This document shows positions 33,005-45,092 of a stretch of 46,639 nt of DNA, piece after piece. How positions within the stretch are numbered: the stretch's first letter is position 1; every line of letters begins with the position of its first letter. The notes under the pieces are model-generated. The model was not told where the DNA came from. It did no database searches and was given only the letters and a program-made list of their open reading frames with translations. Both the position numbers and the translations under genes were made by a program. The DNA comes from a virus (lineage: Duplodnaviria > Heunggongvirae > Uroviricota > Caudoviricetes), in IMG/VR virus record IMGVR_UViG_2529293141_000012; one strand, given 5' to 3'.

Positions 33005-33330
33005 AGACCTTCCGCTGGAAAGTGAAACCCGGTATGGATGTGGCTTCGGTCCCTTCTGTAAGAAAGGTGCGCTTTGGTGATGGCTATTCTCAGCGAGCGC
33101 CTGCCGGGCTGAATGCCAACCTGAAAACGTACAGCGTGACGCTTTCTGTCCCCCGTGAGGAGGCCACGGTACTGGAGTCGTTTCTGGAAGAGCACGGGGG
33201 CTGGAAATCCTTTCTGTGGACGCCGCCTTATGAGTGGCGGCAGATAAAGGTGACCTGCGCAAAATGGTCGTCGCGGGTCAGTATGTTGCGTGTTGAGTTC
33301 AGCGCAGAGTTTGAACAGGTGGTGAACTGA
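33001..33330 (+). CDS. M: Tail tip protein M
   Basis: 109 aa, matches lambda. Confidence 0.95.
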   Translation: MKTFRWKVKPGMDVASVPSVRKVRFGDGYSQRAPAGLNANLKTYSVTLSVPREEATVLESFLEEHGGWKSFLWTPPYEWRQIKVTCAKWSSRVSMLRVEFSAEFEQVVN

Positions 33331-34028
33331 TGCAGGATATCCGGCAGGAAACACTGAATGAATGCACCCGTGCGGAGCAGTCGGCCAGCGTGGTGCTCTG
33401 GGAAATCGACCTGACAGAGGTCGGTGGAGAACGTTATTTTTTCTGTAATGAGCAGAACGAAAAAGGTGAGCCGGTCACCTGGCAGGGGCGACAGTATCAG
33501 CCGTATCCCATTCAGGGGAGCGGTTTTGAACTGAATGGCAAAGGCACCAGTACGCGCCCCACGCTGACGGTTTCTAACCTGTACGGTATGGTCACCGGGA
33601 TGGCGGAAGATATGCAGAGTCTGGTCGGCGGAACGGTGGTCCGGCGTAAGGTTTACGCCCGTTTTCTGGATGCGGTGAACTTCGTCAACGGAAACAGTTA
33701 CGCCGATCCGGAGCAGGAGGTGATCAGCCGCTGGCGCATTGAGCAGTGCAGCGAACTGAGCGCGGTGAGTGCCTCCTTTGTACTGTCCACGCCGACGGAA
33801 ACGGATGGCGCTGTTTTTCCGGGACGTATCATGCTGGCCAACACCTGCACCTGGACCTATCGCGGTGACGAGTGCGGTTATAGCGGTCCGGCTGTCGCGG
33901 ATGAATATGACCAGCCAACGTCCGATATCACGAAGGATAAATGCAGCAAATGCCTGAGCGGTTGTAAGTTCCGCAATAACGTCGGCAACTTTGGCGGCTT
34001 CCTTTCCATTAACAAACTTTCGCAGTAA
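33330..34028 (+). CDS. L: Tail tip protein L
   Basis: 232 aa, matches lambda. Confidence 0.95.
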   Translation: MQDIRQETLNECTRAEQSASVVLWEIDLTEVGGERYFFCNEQNEKGEPVTWQGRQYQPYPIQGSGFELNGKGTSTRPTLTVSNLYGMVTGMAEDMQSLVGGTVVRRKVYARFLDAVNFVNGNSYADPEQEVISRWRIEQCSELSAVSASFVLSTPTETDGAVFPGRIMLANTCTWTYRGDECGYSGPAVADEYDQPTSDITKDKCSKCLSGCKFRNNVGNFGGFLSINKLSQ

Positions 34029-34033
34029 ATCCC

Positions 34034-34777
34034 ATGACACAGACAGAATCAGCGATTCTGGCGCACGCCCGGCGATGTGCGCCAGCGGAGTCGTGCGGCT
34101 TCGTGGTAAGCACGCCGGAGGGGGAAAGATATTTTCCCTGCGTGAATATCTCCGGTGAGCCGGAGGCGTATTTCCGTATGTCGCCGGAAGACTGGCTGCA
34201 GGCAGAAATGCAGGGTGAGATTGTGGCGCTGGTCCACAGCCACCCCGGTGGTCTGCCCTGGCTGAGTGAGGCCGACCGGCGGCTGCAGGTGCAGAGTGAT
34301 TTGCCGTGGTGGCTGGTCTGCCGGGGGACGATTCATAAGTTCCGCTGTGTGCCGCATCTCACCGGGCGGCGCTTTGAGCACGGTGTGACGGACTGTTACA
34401 CACTGTTCCGGGATGCTTATCATCTGGCGGGGATTGAGATGCCGGACTTTCATCGTGAGGATGACTGGTGGCGTAACGGCCAGAATCTCTATCTGGATAA
34501 TCTGGAGGCGACGGGGCTGTATCAGGTGCCGTTGTCAGCGGCACAGCCGGGCGATGTGCTGCTGTGCTGTTTTGGTTCATCGGTGCCGAATCACGCCGCA
34601 ATTTACTGCGGCGACGGCGAGCTGCTGCACCATATTCCTGAACAACTGAGCAAACGAGAGAGGTACACCGACAAATGGCAGCGACGCACACACTCCCTCT
34701 GGCGTCACCGGGCATGGCGCGCATCTGCCTTTACGGGGATTTACAACGATTTGGTCGCCGCATCGACCTTCGAGTGA
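34034..34777 (+). CDS. K: Tail tip assembly protein K (JAMM/MPN plus NlpC/P60-like)
   Basis: 247-aa ORF with HSHP JAMM motif; the classical lambda annotation starts at the internal Met at 34178 (199 aa). Confidence 0.9.
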   Translation: MTQTESAILAHARRCAPAESCGFVVSTPEGERYFPCVNISGEPEAYFRMSPEDWLQAEMQGEIVALVHSHPGGLPWLSEADRRLQVQSDLPWWLVCRGTIHKFRCVPHLTGRRFEHGVTDCYTLFRDAYHLAGIEMPDFHREDDWWRNGQNLYLDNLEATGLYQVPLSAAQPGDVLLCCFGSSVPNHAAIYCGDGELLHHIPEQLSKRERYTDKWQRRTHSLWRHRAWRASAFTGIYNDLVAASTFE

Positions 34778-35316
34778 AAACGGGGTCCGAAGCCATCCGG
34801 GCGCTGGCCATGCAGATCCCGGCATTTCGTCAGAAACTGAGCGACGGCTGGTACCAGGTACGCATTGCCGGGCGTGATGCAGGTGAAACCGAATTGTCTG
34901 CCCGTCTTAATGAGCCGCTGGAAAATGGTGCCGTGATCCATATCGTGCCGCGTCTGGCAGGAGCCAAAAGTGGCGGTGTGTTTCAGGCTGTGCTGGGGGC
35001 GGCTGTTATGGCGGTTGCTATATGGATGCCGGGGGTAGGAATTATGGCGAGTAATCTGCTGTTTTCTCTCGGTGCCAGTATGACGCTTGGCGGTGTTGCA
35101 CAGATGCTGGCCCCTAAACCCAAAACCCCCCGCACACAGACAACGGATAACGGCAAACAGAACACCTATTTTTCTTCACTGGATAATATGGTTGCCCAGG
35201 GCAATGTTCTGCCCGTTCTGTACGGTGAAATGCGCGTGGGATCACGTGTGGTATCTCAGGAGATCAGCACAGCAGATGAAGGTGATGGTGGTCAGGTTGT
35301 GGTGATTGGTCGCTGA
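34675..35316 (+). CDS. I: Tail tip assembly protein I
   Basis: 213 aa, N- and C-termini match lambda gpI, central part shorter. Confidence 0.9.
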   Translation: MAATHTLPLASPGMARICLYGDLQRFGRRIDLRVKTGSEAIRALAMQIPAFRQKLSDGWYQVRIAGRDAGETELSARLNEPLENGAVIHIVPRLAGAKSGGVFQAVLGAAVMAVAIWMPGVGIMASNLLFSLGASMTLGGVAQMLAPKPKTPRTQTTDNGKQNTYFSSLDNMVAQGNVLPVLYGEMRVGSRVVSQEISTADEGDGGQVVVIGR

Positions 35317-35376
35317 TGAAAAACGTTTTATGTGAAACCGCCTGCGGGCGGTTTTGTCATTTATGGAGCGTGAGGA

Positions 35377-38300
35377 ATGGGTAAAGGCAGCAGTAAGGGG
35401 CATACCCCGCGCGAAGCGAAGGACAACCTGAAGTCCACGCAGTTGCTGAGTGTGATCGATGCCATCAGCGAAGGGCCGGTTGAAGGTCCGGTGGAGGGAT
35501 TAAAAAGTGTGCTGCTGAACAGTACGCCGGTGCTGGACACTGAGGGGAATACCAACATCTCCGGCGTCACGGTGGTGTTCCGGGCCGGTGAGCAGGAGCA
35601 GACACCGCCGGAGGGATTTGAATCCTCCGGTTCCGAGACGGTGCTGGGTACGGAAGTGAAATACGACACGCCGATCACCCGGACCATCACGTCGGCAAAC
35701 ATTGACCGACTGCGTTTTACCTTCGGCGTGCAGGCACTGGTGGAAACCACCTCAAAGGGGGATCGGAATCCGTCGGAAGTCCGCCTGCTGGTTCAGATAC
35801 AACGTAACGGTGGCTGGGTGACGGAAAAAGACATCACCATTAAGGGCAAAACCACCTCGCAGTATCTGGCCTCGGTGGTGGTGGATAACCTGCCGCCGCG
35901 CCCGTTTAATATCCGGATGCGCAGAATGACGCCGGACAGCACCACAGACCAGCTGCAGAACAAAACGCTCTGGTCGTCATACACCGAAATCATCGATGTG
36001 AAACAGTGCTACCCGAACACGGCACTGGTCGGCGTGCAGGTGGATTCGGAGCAGTTCGGCAGCCAGCAGGTGAGCCGTAATTATCATCTTCGCGGGCGCA
36101 TTCTGCAGGTGCCGTCGAATTATAACCCGCAGACGCGGCAATACAGCGGTATCTGGGACGGAACGTTAAAACCGGCATACAGCAACAACATGGCCTGGTG
36201 TCTGTGGGATATGCTGACCCACCCGCGCTACGGCATGGGAAAACGTCTTGGTGCGGCAGATGTGGATAAATGGGCGCTGTATGTCATCGGCCAGTACTGC
36301 GACCAGTCAGTGCCGGACGGCTTTGGTGGCACGGAGCCGCGCATCACCTGTAATGCGTACCTGACCACACAGCGTAAAGCGTGGGATGTGCTCAGTGATT
36401 TTTGCTCGGCGATGCGCTGTATGCCGGTATGGAACGGGCAGACGCTGACGTTCGTGCAGGACAGACCGTCGGATAAGGTGTGGACCTATAACCGCAGTAA
36501 TGTGGTGATGCCGGATGATGGTGCGCCATTCCGCTACAGCTTCAGCGCCCTGAAAGACCGCCATAATGCCGTTGAGGTGAACTGGATTGACCCGAACAAC
36601 GGCTGGGAGACGGCAACAGAGCTCGTGGAGGACACGCAGGCCATTGCCCGTTACGGTCGTAATGTCACGAAGATGGATGCCTTTGGCTGTACCAGCCGGG
36701 GGCAGGCGCACCGCGCCGGGCTGTGGCTGATTAAAACGGAACTGCTGGAAACGCAGACCGTGGACTTCAGCGTGGGTGCAGAAGGGCTTCGCCATGTACC
36801 GGGCGATGTCATTGAAATCTGTGATGATGACTATGCCGGTATCAGCACCGGCGGGCGCGTGCTGGCGGTGAACAGCCAGACCCGGACGCTGACGCTCGAC
36901 CGTGAAATCACGCTGCCATCTTCCGGCACCACGCTGATAAGCCTGGTTGACGGGCAGGGGAATCCGGTGAGCGTGGAGGTCCAGTCCGTCACTGACGGCG
37001 TGAAGGTGAAAGTGAGCCGTGTTCCTGACGGCGTTGCCGAATACAGCGTGTGGGGACTGAAGCTGCCGACGCTGCGCCAGCGCCTGTTCCGCTGCGTGAG
37101 TATCCGTGAGAACGACGACGGCACGTATGCCATCACCGCCGTGCAGCATGTACCTGAAAAAGAGGCCATCGTGGATAACGGGGCGCACTTTGACGGCGAC
37201 CAGAGCGGCACGGTGAATGGTGTCACGCCGCCCGCGGTGCAGCACCTGACCGCCGAAGTCACCGCAGACAGCGGGGAATATCAGGTGCTGGCGCGCTGGG
37301 ACACGCCGAAGGTGGTGAAGGGCGTGAGCTTCCTGCTCCGTCTGACCGTAACAGCGGATGACGGCAGTGAGCGGCTGGTCAGCACGGCCCGGACGACGGA
37401 AACCACATACCGCTTCACGCAGCTGGCGCTGGGGAACTACAGGCTGACAGTCCGGGCGGTAAATGCGTGGGGGCAGCAGGGCGATCCGGCGTCGGTATCG
37501 TTCCGGATTGCCGCACCGGCAGCGCCGTCACGGATTGAGCTGACGCCGGGCTATTTTCAGATAACCGCCACGCCGCATCTTGCGGTTTATGACCCGACGG
37601 TACAGTTTGAGTTCTGGTTCTCGGAAAAGCGGATTACCGATATCAGGCAGGTTGAAACCACAGCCCGCTATCTTGGTACGGCGCTGTACTGGATAGCCGC
37701 CAGTATCAATATCAAACCGGGCCATGATTATTATTTTTACGTTCGCAGTGTGAACACCGTTGGCAAATCGGCATTCGTGGAGGCTGTTGGTCAGCCGAGT
37801 GATGACGCATCCGGCTATCTGGATTTTTTCAAAGGCGAGATAGGGAAAACCCATCTGGCTCAGGAGCTGTGGACGCAGATTGATAACGGTCAGCTTGCGC
37901 CTGACCTGGCTGAAATCAGGACATCCATTACGGATGTCAGCAATGAAATCACACAGACCGTCAATAAGAAACTGGAAGACCAGAGTGCAGCGATCCAGCA
38001 GATACAGAAGGTTCAGGTTGATACAAATAATAATCTGAACAGCATGTGGGCTGTGAAGCTGCAGCAGATGCAGGATGGACGCCTTTATATTGCGGGTATC
38101 GGTGCCGGTATTGAGAACACCCCTGACGGCATGCAGAGTCAGGTGCTGCTGGCGGCGGACAGGATTGCGATGGTTAATCCTGCGAATGGCAACACAAAAC
38201 CGATGTTTGTTGGTCAGGGCGATCAGATATTCATGAACGACGTGTTCCTGAAACGCCTGACGGCCCCCACCATTACCAGCGGTGGAAATCCACCGGCATT

Positions 38301-38874
38301 TTCCCTGACACCGGACGGAAAGCTGACCGCTAAAAATGCGGATATCAGTGGCAGTGTGAATGCGAACGCCGGGACGCTCAACAATGTCACGGTAAATGAA
38401 AACTGTACGATTAAGGGCATGCTGGAGGCGACTCAGGTCAGAGGTGACTTCGTTAAAGCTGTATCCAAATCATTCCCGAAACAGGCTGGTACGTGGGGTA
38501 ACACGGAAACACCAAACGGGACGGTTACAGTCACCATAAGCGATGATCATAACTTTGACCGTCAAATCATTATTCCGCCCATTATCTTTAACGGAATAGC
38601 GTATAGCGATCCGGGAAGTGGTAATAACCCGGGAGGTACAAGATACACGGGTTATGGTTTTGAAGTTCGCAAAAACGGTGTATTAATCGCATCCAGAGAA
38701 ACTAAAGGGGCTATTCCCGGTAGCTACAGTGCGGTTATTGATATGCCGAGTGGCAGGGGAAGCGTCACTCTGGAGTTTAAGGTTTTCCATAAAGGCAATC
38801 AGTGGGCAGGTAATATCACCGACTGTACGGTGATTGTGACCAAAAAAGCCGCTTCCGGCATCAGTATTCGTTGA
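35377..38874 (+). CDS. J: Central tail fibre / host-specificity protein J
   Basis: 1165 aa; about 1000 N-terminal residues lambda-like, C-terminal receptor-binding part divergent. Confidence 0.95.
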   Translation: MGKGSSKGHTPREAKDNLKSTQLLSVIDAISEGPVEGPVEGLKSVLLNSTPVLDTEGNTNISGVTVVFRAGEQEQTPPEGFESSGSETVLGTEVKYDTPITRTITSANIDRLRFTFGVQALVETTSKGDRNPSEVRLLVQIQRNGGWVTEKDITIKGKTTSQYLASVVVDNLPPRPFNIRMRRMTPDSTTDQLQNKTLWSSYTEIIDVKQCYPNTALVGVQVDSEQFGSQQVSRNYHLRGRILQVPSNYNPQTRQYSGIWDGTLKPAYSNNMAWCLWDMLTHPRYGMGKRLGAADVDKWALYVIGQYCDQSVPDGFGGTEPRITCNAYLTTQRKAWDVLSDFCSAMRCMPVWNGQTLTFVQDRPSDKVWTYNRSNVVMPDDGAPFRYSFSALKDRHNAVEVNWIDPNNGWETATELVEDTQAIARYGRNVTKMDAFGCTSRGQAHRAGLWLIKTELLETQTVDFSVGAEGLRHVPGDVIEICDDDYAGISTGGRVLAVNSQTRTLTLDREITLPSSGTTLISLVDGQGNPVSVEVQSVTDGVKVKVSRVPDGVAEYSVWGLKLPTLRQRLFRCVSIRENDDGTYAITAVQHVPEKEAIVDNGAHFDGDQSGTVNGVTPPAVQHLTAEVTADSGEYQVLARWDTPKVVKGVSFLLRLTVTADDGSERLVSTARTTETTYRFTQLALGNYRLTVRAVNAWGQQGDPASVSFRIAAPAAPSRIELTPGYFQITATPHLAVYDPTVQFEFWFSEKRITDIRQVETTARYLGTALYWIAASINIKPGHDYYFYVRSVNTVGKSAFVEAVGQPSDDASGYLDFFKGEIGKTHLAQELWTQIDNGQLAPDLAEIRTSITDVSNEITQTVNKKLEDQSAAIQQIQKVQVDTNNNLNSMWAVKLQQMQDGRLYIAGIGAGIENTPDGMQSQVLLAADRIAMVNPANGNTKPMFVGQGDQIFMNDVFLKRLTAPTITSGGNPPAFSLTPDGKLTAKNADISGSVNANAGTLNNVTVNENCTIKGMLEATQVRGDFVKAVSKSFPKQAGTWGNTETPNGTVTVTISDDHNFDRQIIIPPIIFNGIAYSDPGSGNNPGGTRYTGYGFEVRKNGVLIASRETKGAIPGSYSAVIDMPSGRGSVTLEFKVFHKGNQWAGNITDCTVIVTKKAASGISIR

Positions 38875-38895
38875 AATTGTTATAACCCATATAAG

Positions 38896-38920
38896 GGCAC
38901 CAGAAATGGTGCCTTTTTTA
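38896..38920 (+). terminator. Intrinsic terminator after J
   Basis: GGCACC-AGAAA-TGGTGCC followed by TTTTTTA. Confidence 0.5.
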
Positions 38921-38943
38921 TTGCAGAAAAGCGAGAGGTAATT

Positions 38944-39543
38944 ATGCGTAAACTTTATGCCGCCATTTTGTCCGCAGCCATTTGTCTGGCCGTATCCGGT
39001 GCGCCTGCATGGGCATCTGAACATCAGTCCACGCTGAGCGCGGGGTATCTTCATGCCTTGACGAACGTTCCCGGCAGCGATGATCTTAACGGGATTAACG
39101 TGAAATACCGTTATGAGTTTACGGACACACTGGGGCTGGTGACGTCATTCAGCTATGCAGGAGACAAGAATCGCCAGCTGACCCGTTACAGCGATACCCG
39201 CTGGCATGAAGATTCAGTGCGTAACCGCTGGTTCAGCGTGATGGCGGGGCCGTCTGTGCGCGTGAATGAATGGTTCAGCGCGTATGCGATGGCGGGTATG
39301 GCTTACAGCCGTGTGTCGACTTTCTCCGGGGATTATCTCCGCGTAACTGACAACAAGGGGAAAACGCACGACGTGCTGACCGGAAGTGATGACGGTCGCC
39401 ACAGCAACACGTCTCTGGCGTGGGGGGCTGGCGTGCAGTTTAACCCGACCGAATCCGTGGCCGTTGACGTCGCTTATGAAGGCTCCGGCAGCGGTGACTG
39501 GCGTACCAACAGTTTCATCGTGGGTGTCGGTTATAAATTCTGA
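38944..39543 (+). CDS. lom: Outer-membrane protein Lom (Ail/OmpX family)
   Basis: 199 aa with signal peptide, beta-barrel pattern and C-terminal …VGVGYKF; matches lambda Lom. Confidence 0.9.
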   Translation: MRKLYAAILSAAICLAVSGAPAWASEHQSTLSAGYLHALTNVPGSDDLNGINVKYRYEFTDTLGLVTSFSYAGDKNRQLTRYSDTRWHEDSVRNRWFSVMAGPSVRVNEWFSAYAMAGMAYSRVSTFSGDYLRVTDNKGKTHDVLTGSDDGRHSNTSLAWGAGVQFNPTESVAVDVAYEGSGSGDWRTNSFIVGVGYKF

Positions 39544-39570
39544 TTAGCCAGGTAACACAGTGTTATGACA

Positions 39571-39597
39571 GCCCGCCGGTTCAGGCGGGCTTTTTTG
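39571..39597 (+). terminator. Intrinsic terminator after lom
   Basis: GCCCGCC-GGTTCA-GGCGGGC followed by TTTTTTG. Confidence 0.6.
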
Positions 39598-39607
39598 TGG
39601 GGTGAAT

Positions 39608-42600
39608 ATGGCAGTAAAGATTTCAGGTGTACTGAAAGACGGCACAGGAAAACCGGTACAGAACTGCACAATCCAGCTGAAAGCAAAACGTAACAGCACC
39701 ACGGTGGTGGTGAACACGCTGGCCTCAGAAAATCCGGATGAAGCCGGGCGTTACAGCATGGACGTTGAGTACGGTCAGTACAGCGTTATTCTGTTGGTGG
39801 AGGGATTCCCGCCGTCACATGCCGGGACCATCACCGTGTATGAAGATTCTCAACCCGGTACGCTGAATGATTTTCTCGGTGCCATGACGGAGGATGATGC
39901 CCGTCCGGAGGCACTGCGCCGCTTTGAACTGATGGTGGAAGAGGTGGCGCGTAACGCGTCCGCAGTGGCGCAGAACACAGCAGCCGCGAAGAAGTCAGCC
40001 AGCGATGCCAGCACATCAGCCCGTGAGGCGGCAACCCATGCGACTGATGCTGCAGGCTCAGCACGTGCAGCCAGCACATCAGCCGGGCAGGCCGCGACGT
40101 CGGCTCAGTCAGCGTCTTCCAGCGCAGGAACGGCATCAACAAAGGCTACTGAAGCATCAAAAAGTGCTGCCGCTGCAGAGTCCTCAAAAAGCGCGGCAGC
40201 TACCAGTGCCAGTGCCGCGAAAACGTCAGAAACGAATGCGGCAGCGTCACAAAAATCTGCAGCCACTTCTGCATCCACCGCGACCACGAAAGCGTCAGAA
40301 GCTGCCACCTCAGCCCGGGATGCGGCGGCCTCAAAAGAGGCAGCGAAATCATCAGAAACGAGCGCAGCCTCGAGCGCCAGCAGCGCAGCTTCCTCGGCAA
40401 CGGCGGCAGGAAATTCCGCGAAGGCGGCAAAGACGTCCGAGACGAACGCCAGGTCTTCTGAAACGGCAGCGGGACAGAGTGCCTCAGCTGCGGCAGGCTC
40501 AAAAACAGCGGCTGCATCATCTGCCAGTGCCGCGTCAACAAGTGCCGGGCAGGCCTCAGCCAGTGCCACCGCTGCCGGAAAGTCGGCAGAAAGTGCTGCA
40601 TCGTCTGCTTCAACAGCCACAACGAATGCTGGCGAAGCCGCTGTACAGGCCAGCGCAGCAGCGAGGTCAGCTTCCGCAGCGAAGACATCCGAGACGAACG
40701 CGAAAGCGTCGGAAACCAGCGCAGAATCCTCAAAAACGGCTGCCGCATCATCCGCCAGTTCGGCGGCGTCATCGGCATCATCGGCGTCTGCTTCAAAAGA
40801 TGAGGCGACCAGACAGGCGTCAGCAGCGAAGGGCAGCGCCACGACGGCATCCACAAAGGCGACAGAGGCTGCTGGCAGTGCGACAGCGGCAGCACAGAGC
40901 AAAAGTACGGCAGAATCCGCAGCAACGCGCGCTGAGACAGCGGCAAAACGGGCAGAGGATATTGCATCCGCCGTGGCGCTTGAGGATGCGAGCACGACGA
41001 AAAAGGGGATAGTACAGCTCAGCAGTGCGACCAACAGCACTTCCGAGTCACTGGCGGCAACGCCAAAGGCAGTAAAAGCAGCCTATGACAATGCAGAGAA
41101 ACGTCTGCAGAAAGACCAGAACGGCGCTGATATACCCGATAAGGTACGCTTCCTGAACAACATTAACGCGGTCAGTAAAACAGACTTTGCTGATAAGCGT
41201 GGTATGCGTTATGTGCGGGTTAACGCTCCTGCAGGTGCAACATCTGGAAAATATTACCCTGTTGTTGTTATGCGTTCTGCTGGCTCAGTAAGCGAACTGG
41301 CATCAAGGGTCATTATCACCACGGCAACGCGAACCGCAGGCGATCCGATGAATAACTGCGAGTTTAACGGATTTGTTATGCCTGGTGGCTGGACTGACAG
41401 GGGGCGTTATGCTTATGGAATGTTCTGGCAATATCAAAACAATGAACGAGCCATCCACTCAATAATGATGAGTAATAAGGGCGATGATTTGCGCTCTGTG
41501 TTCTATGTTGATGGCGCTGCTTTCCCTGTTTTTGCGTTCATCGAAGATGGCCTGTCAATATCCGCACCTGGTGCTGATCTCGTTGTTAATGATACGACCT
41601 ATAAGTTTGGGGCAACAAATCCAGCGACTGAATGTATCGCGGCGGACGTTATCCTTGATTTTAAGAGTGGGCGTGGTTTTTATGAGTCCCATTCGTTAAT
41701 CGTTAACGATAACTTGTCGTGCAAAAAACTTTTTGCCACAGACGAAATTGTAGCGCGTGGTGGTAATCAGATTCGAATGATAGGTGGGGAGTATGGTGCA
41801 TTATGGCGTAATGATGGCGCTAAAACTTACCTGCTGCTTACCAATCAAGGTGATGTTTATGGTGGATGGAATACATTAAGACCGTTTGTTATTGATAACG
41901 CAACCGGCGAACTGGTTATTGGAACCAAACTGTCTGCAAGTCTGAACGGTAACGCATTGACAGCAACAAAGCTGCAAACGCCAAGACTGGTTTCTGGTGT
42001 TGAGTTTGATGGTTCCAGAGATATTACTTTAACCGCCGCGCATGTGGCTGCTTTTGCCAGAAGGGCAACGGATACATATGCCGATGCGGATGGTGGCGTT
42101 CCCTGGAATGCCGAATCAGGCGCTTACAATGTCACCCGCTCTGGCGACACCTATATTCTGGTTAACTTCTATACCGGAGTCGGAAGTTGCCGGACCCTGC
42201 AGATGAAGGCGCATTACAGAAATGGAGGTCTGTTCTACCGTTCCTCAAGAGATGGCTATGGTTTTGAGGAAGACTGGGCAGAAGTTTATACCTCGAAAAA
42301 TCTTCCACCAGAAAGCTACCCAGTCGGCGCACCAATCCCGTGGCCATCAGATACCGTTCCGTCTGGTTATGCCCTGATGCAGGGGCAGACTTTTGACAAA
42401 TCTGCATACCCGAAACTTGCAGCCGCTTATCCGTCAGGCGTGATCCCTGATATGCGTGGCTGGACGATTAAGGGCAAACCTGCCAGTGGTCGCGCCGTAT
42501 TGTCTCAGGAACAGGACGGCATTAAATCGCACACCCACAGCGCCAGCGCATCCAGTACGGATTTGGGGACGAAAACCACATCGTCGTTTGATTACGGAAC

Positions 42601-43009
42601 CAAATCCACGAATAACACCGGGGCGCATACCCATAGTATTAGCGGGACCGCAAATAGTGCCGGCGCGCACCAACACAAGAGTTCCGGTGCATTTGGTGGC
42701 ACGAACACGAGCATTTTCCCTAATGGTTATACCGCGATTTCAAATCCAAGCGCGGGGATTATGAGCACAACAAGCGGTAGTGGCCAGACTCGTAATGCAG
42801 GGAAGACATCATCAGATGGTGCTCATACCCACTCGCTGTCCGGCACTGCTGCAATCGCAGGCGCACATGCACATACTGTCGGTATTGGTGCTCATACGCA
42901 CTCCGTTGCGATTGGCTCACATGGACACACCATCACCGTTAACGCTGCGGGTAACGCGGAAAACACCGTCAAAAACATCGCATTTAACTATATTGTGAGG
43001 CTTGCATAA
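39608..43009 (+). CDS. stf: Side tail fibre protein Stf (long form with expanded Ala/Ser/Thr-rich shaft)
   Basis: [26 protein letters not shown]… N-terminus and …[30 protein letters not shown]-terminus match lambda Stf; ATG at 39608 (the track begins at GTG 39602). Confidence 0.9.
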   Translation: MAVKISGVLKDGTGKPVQNCTIQLKAKRNSTTVVVNTLASENPDEAGRYSMDVEYGQYSVILLVEGFPPSHAGTITVYEDSQPGTLNDFLGAMTEDDARPEALRRFELMVEEVARNASAVAQNTAAAKKSASDASTSAREAATHATDAAGSARAASTSAGQAATSAQSASSSAGTASTKATEASKSAAAAESSKSAAATSASAAKTSETNAAASQKSAATSASTATTKASEAATSARDAAASKEAAKSSETSAASSASSAASSATAAGNSAKAAKTSETNARSSETAAGQSASAAAGSKTAAASSASAASTSAGQASASATAAGKSAESAASSASTATTNAGEAAVQASAAARSASAAKTSETNAKASETSAESSKTAAASSASSAASSASSASASKDEATRQASAAKGSATTASTKATEAAGSATAAAQSKSTAESAATRAETAAKRAEDIASAVALEDASTTKKGIVQLSSATNSTSESLAATPKAVKAAYDNAEKRLQKDQNGADIPDKVRFLNNINAVSKTDFADKRGMRYVRVNAPAGATSGKYYPVVVMRSAGSVSELASRVIITTATRTAGDPMNNCEFNGFVMPGGWTDRGRYAYGMFWQYQNNERAIHSIMMSNKGDDLRSVFYVDGAAFPVFAFIEDGLSISAPGADLVVNDTTYKFGATNPATECIAADVILDFKSGRGFYESHSLIVNDNLSCKKLFATDEIVARGGNQIRMIGGEYGALWRNDGAKTYLLLTNQGDVYGGWNTLRPFVIDNATGELVIGTKLSASLNGNALTATKLQTPRLVSGVEFDGSRDITLTAAHVAAFARRATDTYADADGGVPWNAESGAYNVTRSGDTYILVNFYTGVGSCRTLQMKAHYRNGGLFYRSSRDGYGFEEDWAEVYTSKNLPPESYPVGAPIPWPSDTVPSGYALMQGQTFDKSAYPKLAAAYPSGVIPDMRGWTIKGKPASGRAVLSQEQDGIKSHTHSASASSTDLGTKTTSSFDYGTKSTNNTGAHTHSISGTANSAGAHQHKSSGAFGGTNTSIFPNGYTAISNPSAGIMSTTSGSGQTRNAGKTSSDGAHTHSLSGTAAIAGAHAHTVGIGAHTHSVAIGSHGHTITVNAAGNAENTVKNIAFNYIVRLA
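39990..41000 (+). repeat. Imperfect tandem repeats inside stf encoding Ala/Ser/Thr-rich segments (KTSETNA motif repeated at least four times)
   Basis: Recurring AAGACGTCCGAGACGAACGCC-type units; generates long spurious ORFs in other frames on both strands. Confidence 0.7.
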
Positions 43010-43590
43010 TGGCATTCAGAATGAGTGAACAAGCACGGACCATAAAAATTTATAATCTGCTGGCCGGAACTAATGAATTTATTGGTGAAGGTGACGCATA
43101 TATTCCGCCTCATACAGGTCTGCCAGCAAACAGTACCGATATTGCACCACCAGATATTCCGGCAGGCTTCGTGGCTGTTTTCAACAGTGATGAGGCATCG
43201 TGGCATCTCGTTGAAGACCATCGGGGTAAAACGGTTTATGACGTGGCTTCCGGCGACGCGTTATTTATTTCTGAACTCGGTCCGTTACCGGAAAATGTTA
43301 CCTGGTTGTCGCCGGGAGGGGAATATCAGAAGTGGAACGGCACAGCCTGGGTGAAGGATACGGAAGCAGAAAAACTGTTCCGGATCCGGGAGGCAGAAGA
43401 AACAAAAAACAGCCTGATGCAGGTAGCCAGTGAGCATATTGCGCCACTTCAGGATGCTGTAGATCTGGAAATCGCAACGGAGGAAGAAACCTTGTTGCTG
43501 GAAGCCTGGAAAAAGTATCGGGTGTTGCTGAACCGTGTTGATACATTAACTGCACCGGATATTGAATGGCCAGTAGCACCTATAGGGTAA
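43009..43590 (+). CDS. tfa: Tail fibre assembly protein Tfa
   Basis: 193 aa, [44 protein letters not shown]… matches lambda Tfa. Confidence 0.9.
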   Translation: MAFRMSEQARTIKIYNLLAGTNEFIGEGDAYIPPHTGLPANSTDIAPPDIPAGFVAVFNSDEASWHLVEDHRGKTVYDVASGDALFISELGPLPENVTWLSPGGEYQKWNGTAWVKDTEAEKLFRIREAEETKNSLMQVASEHIAPLQDAVDLEIATEEETLLLEAWKKYRVLLNRVDTLTAPDIEWPVAPIG

Positions 43591-43672
43591 ATTCGTAATG
43601 ATTACCTAAATACGTTATTCTTTTGTTAAAAAAGTGATTTTGCTATAGGTAGGGAGTATGTTCTTGGATTAA

Positions 43673-43707
43673 GAATAAAAAATCGCCATGAAAGAGCTTC
43701 ATGGCGA
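43673..43707 (-). terminator. Putative minus-strand intrinsic terminator in the AT-rich spacer
   Basis: Hairpin TCGCCATGAA-AGAGC-TTCATGGCGA preceded on the plus strand by AATAAAAAA (a T-run on the minus strand). Confidence 0.35.
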
Positions 43708-44394
43708 GTACATAAACGTACAAAATGTGATGAAAGTAGAGTGGCGTAAGCCACTATATTAAGATATGACAATAGCGAAGAAAAGTAAATAACATTTCAT
43801 GGACGTTTAATTGTTAATTATAAAAACTAGAGTGCCCGATATTGTTTATCTTGCTTTAAAATAATGTACTCAAACCAAATTTTTGAGCTAAAAGCTCAAA
43901 TAATATAAATGCAATAATAATGTTTAATAAGACAATTAGCTTGCTTTGTATTTTCATTTCGGAATACTGTTAAGTAACTTTGATGACCCTAACAATAGAT
44001 CGGAATTTTCTTAGAATCAATGGTCACTGTTTTTGCTTGCAAAGCAAATGTTTTGGTGGTTATAAGTTGTCTTAATATAGTCACGCATGCAACTTGTTCC
44101 ATGCGGAGATTAAAGATTGGAATATAACGCGAAGATGGAATTAAATTACATTTGCAATAATCAATTTATTATTACTCAATAATTACCGATATTATTATTG
44201 TAAATTAATCATTAGAGTGCAAAAAGAAATGTAACGGCAAAATAAGAGGACGATAGCTGAGAAAAAAGCGTGCTTTCCCAATCTGGGGCAAATCACGTCT
44301 GAATGACACCTGAAAACAGGTGGTAGCCTCAAGAAGGCTGGTGATGCTGCCAACTTACTGATTTAGTGTATGATGGTGTTTTTGAGGTGCTCCA

Positions 44395-44670
44395 GTGGCT
44401 TCTGTTTCTATCAGCTGTCCCTCCTGTTCAGCTACTGACGGGGTGGTGCGTAACGGCAAAAGCACCGCCGGACATCAGCGCTATCTCTGCTCTCACTGCC
44501 GTAAAACATGGCAACTGCAGTTCACTTACACCGCTTCTCAACCCGGTACGCACCAGAAAATCATTGATATGGCCATGAATGGCGTTGGATGCCGGGCAAC
44601 TGCACGCATTATGGGCGTTGGCCTCAACACGATTTTACGTCACTTAAAAAACTCAGGCCGCAGTCGGTAA
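44395..44670 (+). CDS. insA: IS1 InsA
   Basis: 91 aa, [43 protein letters not shown]…. Confidence 0.95.
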
Positions 44671-45092
44671 CCTCGCGCATACAGCCGGGCAGTGACGTCA
44701 TCGTCTGCGCGGAAATGGACGAACAGTGGGGCTATGTCGGGGCTAAATCGCGCCAGCGCTGGCTGTTTTACGCGTATGACAGTCTCCGGAAGACGGTTGT
44801 TGCGCACGTATTCGGTGAACGCACTATGGCGACGCTGGGGCGTCTTATGAGCCTGCTGTCACCCTTTGACGTGGTGATATGGATGACGGATGGCTGGCCG
44901 CTGTATGAATCCCGCCTGAAGGGAAAGCTGCACGTAATCAGCAAGCGATATACGCAGCGAATTGAGCGGCATAACCTGAATCTGAGGCAGCACCTGGCAC
45001 GGCTGGGACGGAAGTCGCTGTCGTTCTCAAAATCGGTGGAGCTGCATGACAAAGTCATCGGGCATTATCTGAACATAAAACACTATCAATAA
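44589..45092 (+). CDS. insB: IS1 InsB (expressed as the InsAB' transposase by frameshift)
   Basis: 167-aa ORF overlapping insA in the -1 frame. Confidence 0.9.

Noticed and set aside
36307-37262. 312-aa and 143-aa minus-strand ORFs inside J
   Set aside because: Antisense shadow ORFs within a high-GC gene whose plus-strand product matches lambda J.
39990-41000. Possible CRISPR array suggested by the periodic repeats
   Set aside because: The repeats are imperfect, lie inside a continuous protein-coding frame, have no conserved repeat/spacer alternation and no nearby cas genes.
40005-41040. Long ORFs of 250-335 aa in other frames and on the minus strand across the stf repeat region (Arg/Pro/Gln-rich or Ala-rich translations)
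   Set aside because: They arise from the GC-rich tandem repeats inside the well-supported stf frame, have low-complexity translations and no independent start or RBS context.
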